NCBI GenBank assembly: GCA_041498975.1
Contig: JBGQJI010000053.1
Location: forward strand, 1-15,422
DNA: 15,422 nucleotides
Reading direction: 5' to 3'
DNA from: Candidatus Methylomirabilis sp.
GTDB lineage: Bacteria > Methylomirabilota > Methylomirabilia > Methylomirabilales > Methylomirabilaceae
Shown here piece by piece: positions 14,885 to 15,422 of this stretch (position 1 is the stretch's first letter; every line of letters starts with the position of its first letter). Under the pieces are notes generated by a model. That model was not told the origin of the DNA. It saw only the letters and a list, made by a program, of their open reading frames with translations, and did no database searches. Position numbers and translations under genes: made by a program.

Positions 14885-14913
14885 CTTGTACCATCCCGGT
14901 TCCAAGGTGTCAA
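14885..14913 (-). promoter_or_regulatory. Putative sigma70 promoter of thioesterase 2
   Basis: TTGACA(14913-14908)-17 nt-TACAAG(14890-14885), with a TGn extension. Confidence 0.5.
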
Positions 14914-14970
14914 GGAAAAGGTCAGAAACGGATGCGGTGGACCGAGCCCTGCAGGAGGCCGGAATAATAC

Positions 14971-15000
14971 TTGACAGCCTCCGGTGGGAGCAGCTAGATT
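14971..15000 (+). promoter_or_regulatory. Putative sigma70 promoter of the 2-hydroxyacid dehydrogenase
   Basis: TTGACA(14971-14976)-18 nt-TAGATT(14995-15000). Confidence 0.55.
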
Positions 15001-15057
15001 GAGCCGGTTTTCCTGACCAGACGCCCTTTTGCTGTACCCTTACAGAGGAGCGGAGCG

Positions 15058-15422
15058 CTGAGACCAAAGGTCCTGATCACCCGAAAGGTCTTCAAAGAGT
15101 CGATCGCGTTCGTCGCCGAGCACTGCGACGTCGAAACCAACCAGCGCGACATCCCCTTGACCCCGCGCCAGCTCATCAAGAAACTGCAGGGGAAACAGGG
15201 TGCGATCACGGCGCTCACCGACATCATCTCCGAATCTGTCCTGGCCGGTTGTCCCGACCTCAAGGTCGTCTCCAATGTCGCCGTCGGGTTCAACAACTTC
15301 GACGTCACGGCCGCGACCAGACGCGGGGTCATGATGACCAACACACCTGGCGTCCTCGACGACACCACCGCCGACCTGGCCTGGTGCCTCATCCTGGCCG
15401 CCGGCAGGGGCCTCATCTATGC
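15058..15422 (+). CDS. D-2-hydroxyacid dehydrogenase (glyoxylate/hydroxypyruvate reductase, D-glycerate dehydrogenase type), 5' part; probable CTG start
   Basis: Manual translation: (M)RPKVLITRKVF...LKVVSNVAVGFNNFDV.AATRRGVMMTNTPGVLDDTTADLAWCLILAAGR. Runs off the right edge. Confidence 0.9.
   Translation, partial: MRPKVLITRKVFKESIAFVAEHCDVETNQRDIPLTPRQLIKKLQGKQGAITALTDIISESVLAGCPDLKVVSNVAVGFNNFDVTAATRRGVMMTNTPGVLDDTTADLAWCLILAAGRGLIY

Noticed and set aside
1..15422. Genome-wide UGA reassignment (code 4 or 25)
   Set aside because: TGA terminates the rhodanese, GNAT, rtcA, aldolase and HDAC genes at expected domain ends, and TGG is used for Trp.

Overview
GC-rich bacterial chromosomal segment of mostly housekeeping and metabolic genes, with no transposase, CRISPR array, tRNA or rRNA visible. 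Gene order: argS (partial, -), a small basic protein (+), phosphohexomutase (-), rhodanese (-), a cluster of palindromic repeats, a secreted alpha/beta hydrolase (-), hopanoid genes hpnI (+), hpnK (-) and hpnD (+), an OsmC-family gene (+), DUF3105 (-), a minus-strand run (two FlK-like thioesterases, rtcA, GNAT acetyltransferase, HDAC-family protein, class II aldolase, PPDK/PEPS regulatory protein), and a partial 2-hydroxyacid dehydrogenase (+). The main discovery is that two genes split by the ORF track each contain a single in-frame TGA followed by a bacterial SECIS-like hairpin whose apical loop starts about 18 nt after the UGA. One is an OsmC-family protein, where UGA sits at the catalytic Cys position (a known selenoprotein type). 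The other is a histone-deacetylase-family protein, a candidate selenoprotein of a family I do not recognise from the usual catalogues, which also lacks the catalytic Tyr. Other oddities are a degenerate HIGH motif in ArgRS, a probable CTG start codon, a probable leaderless hpnD mRNA, and small leader or bridging ORFs. All calls come from reading the sequence by eye; no searches were run.
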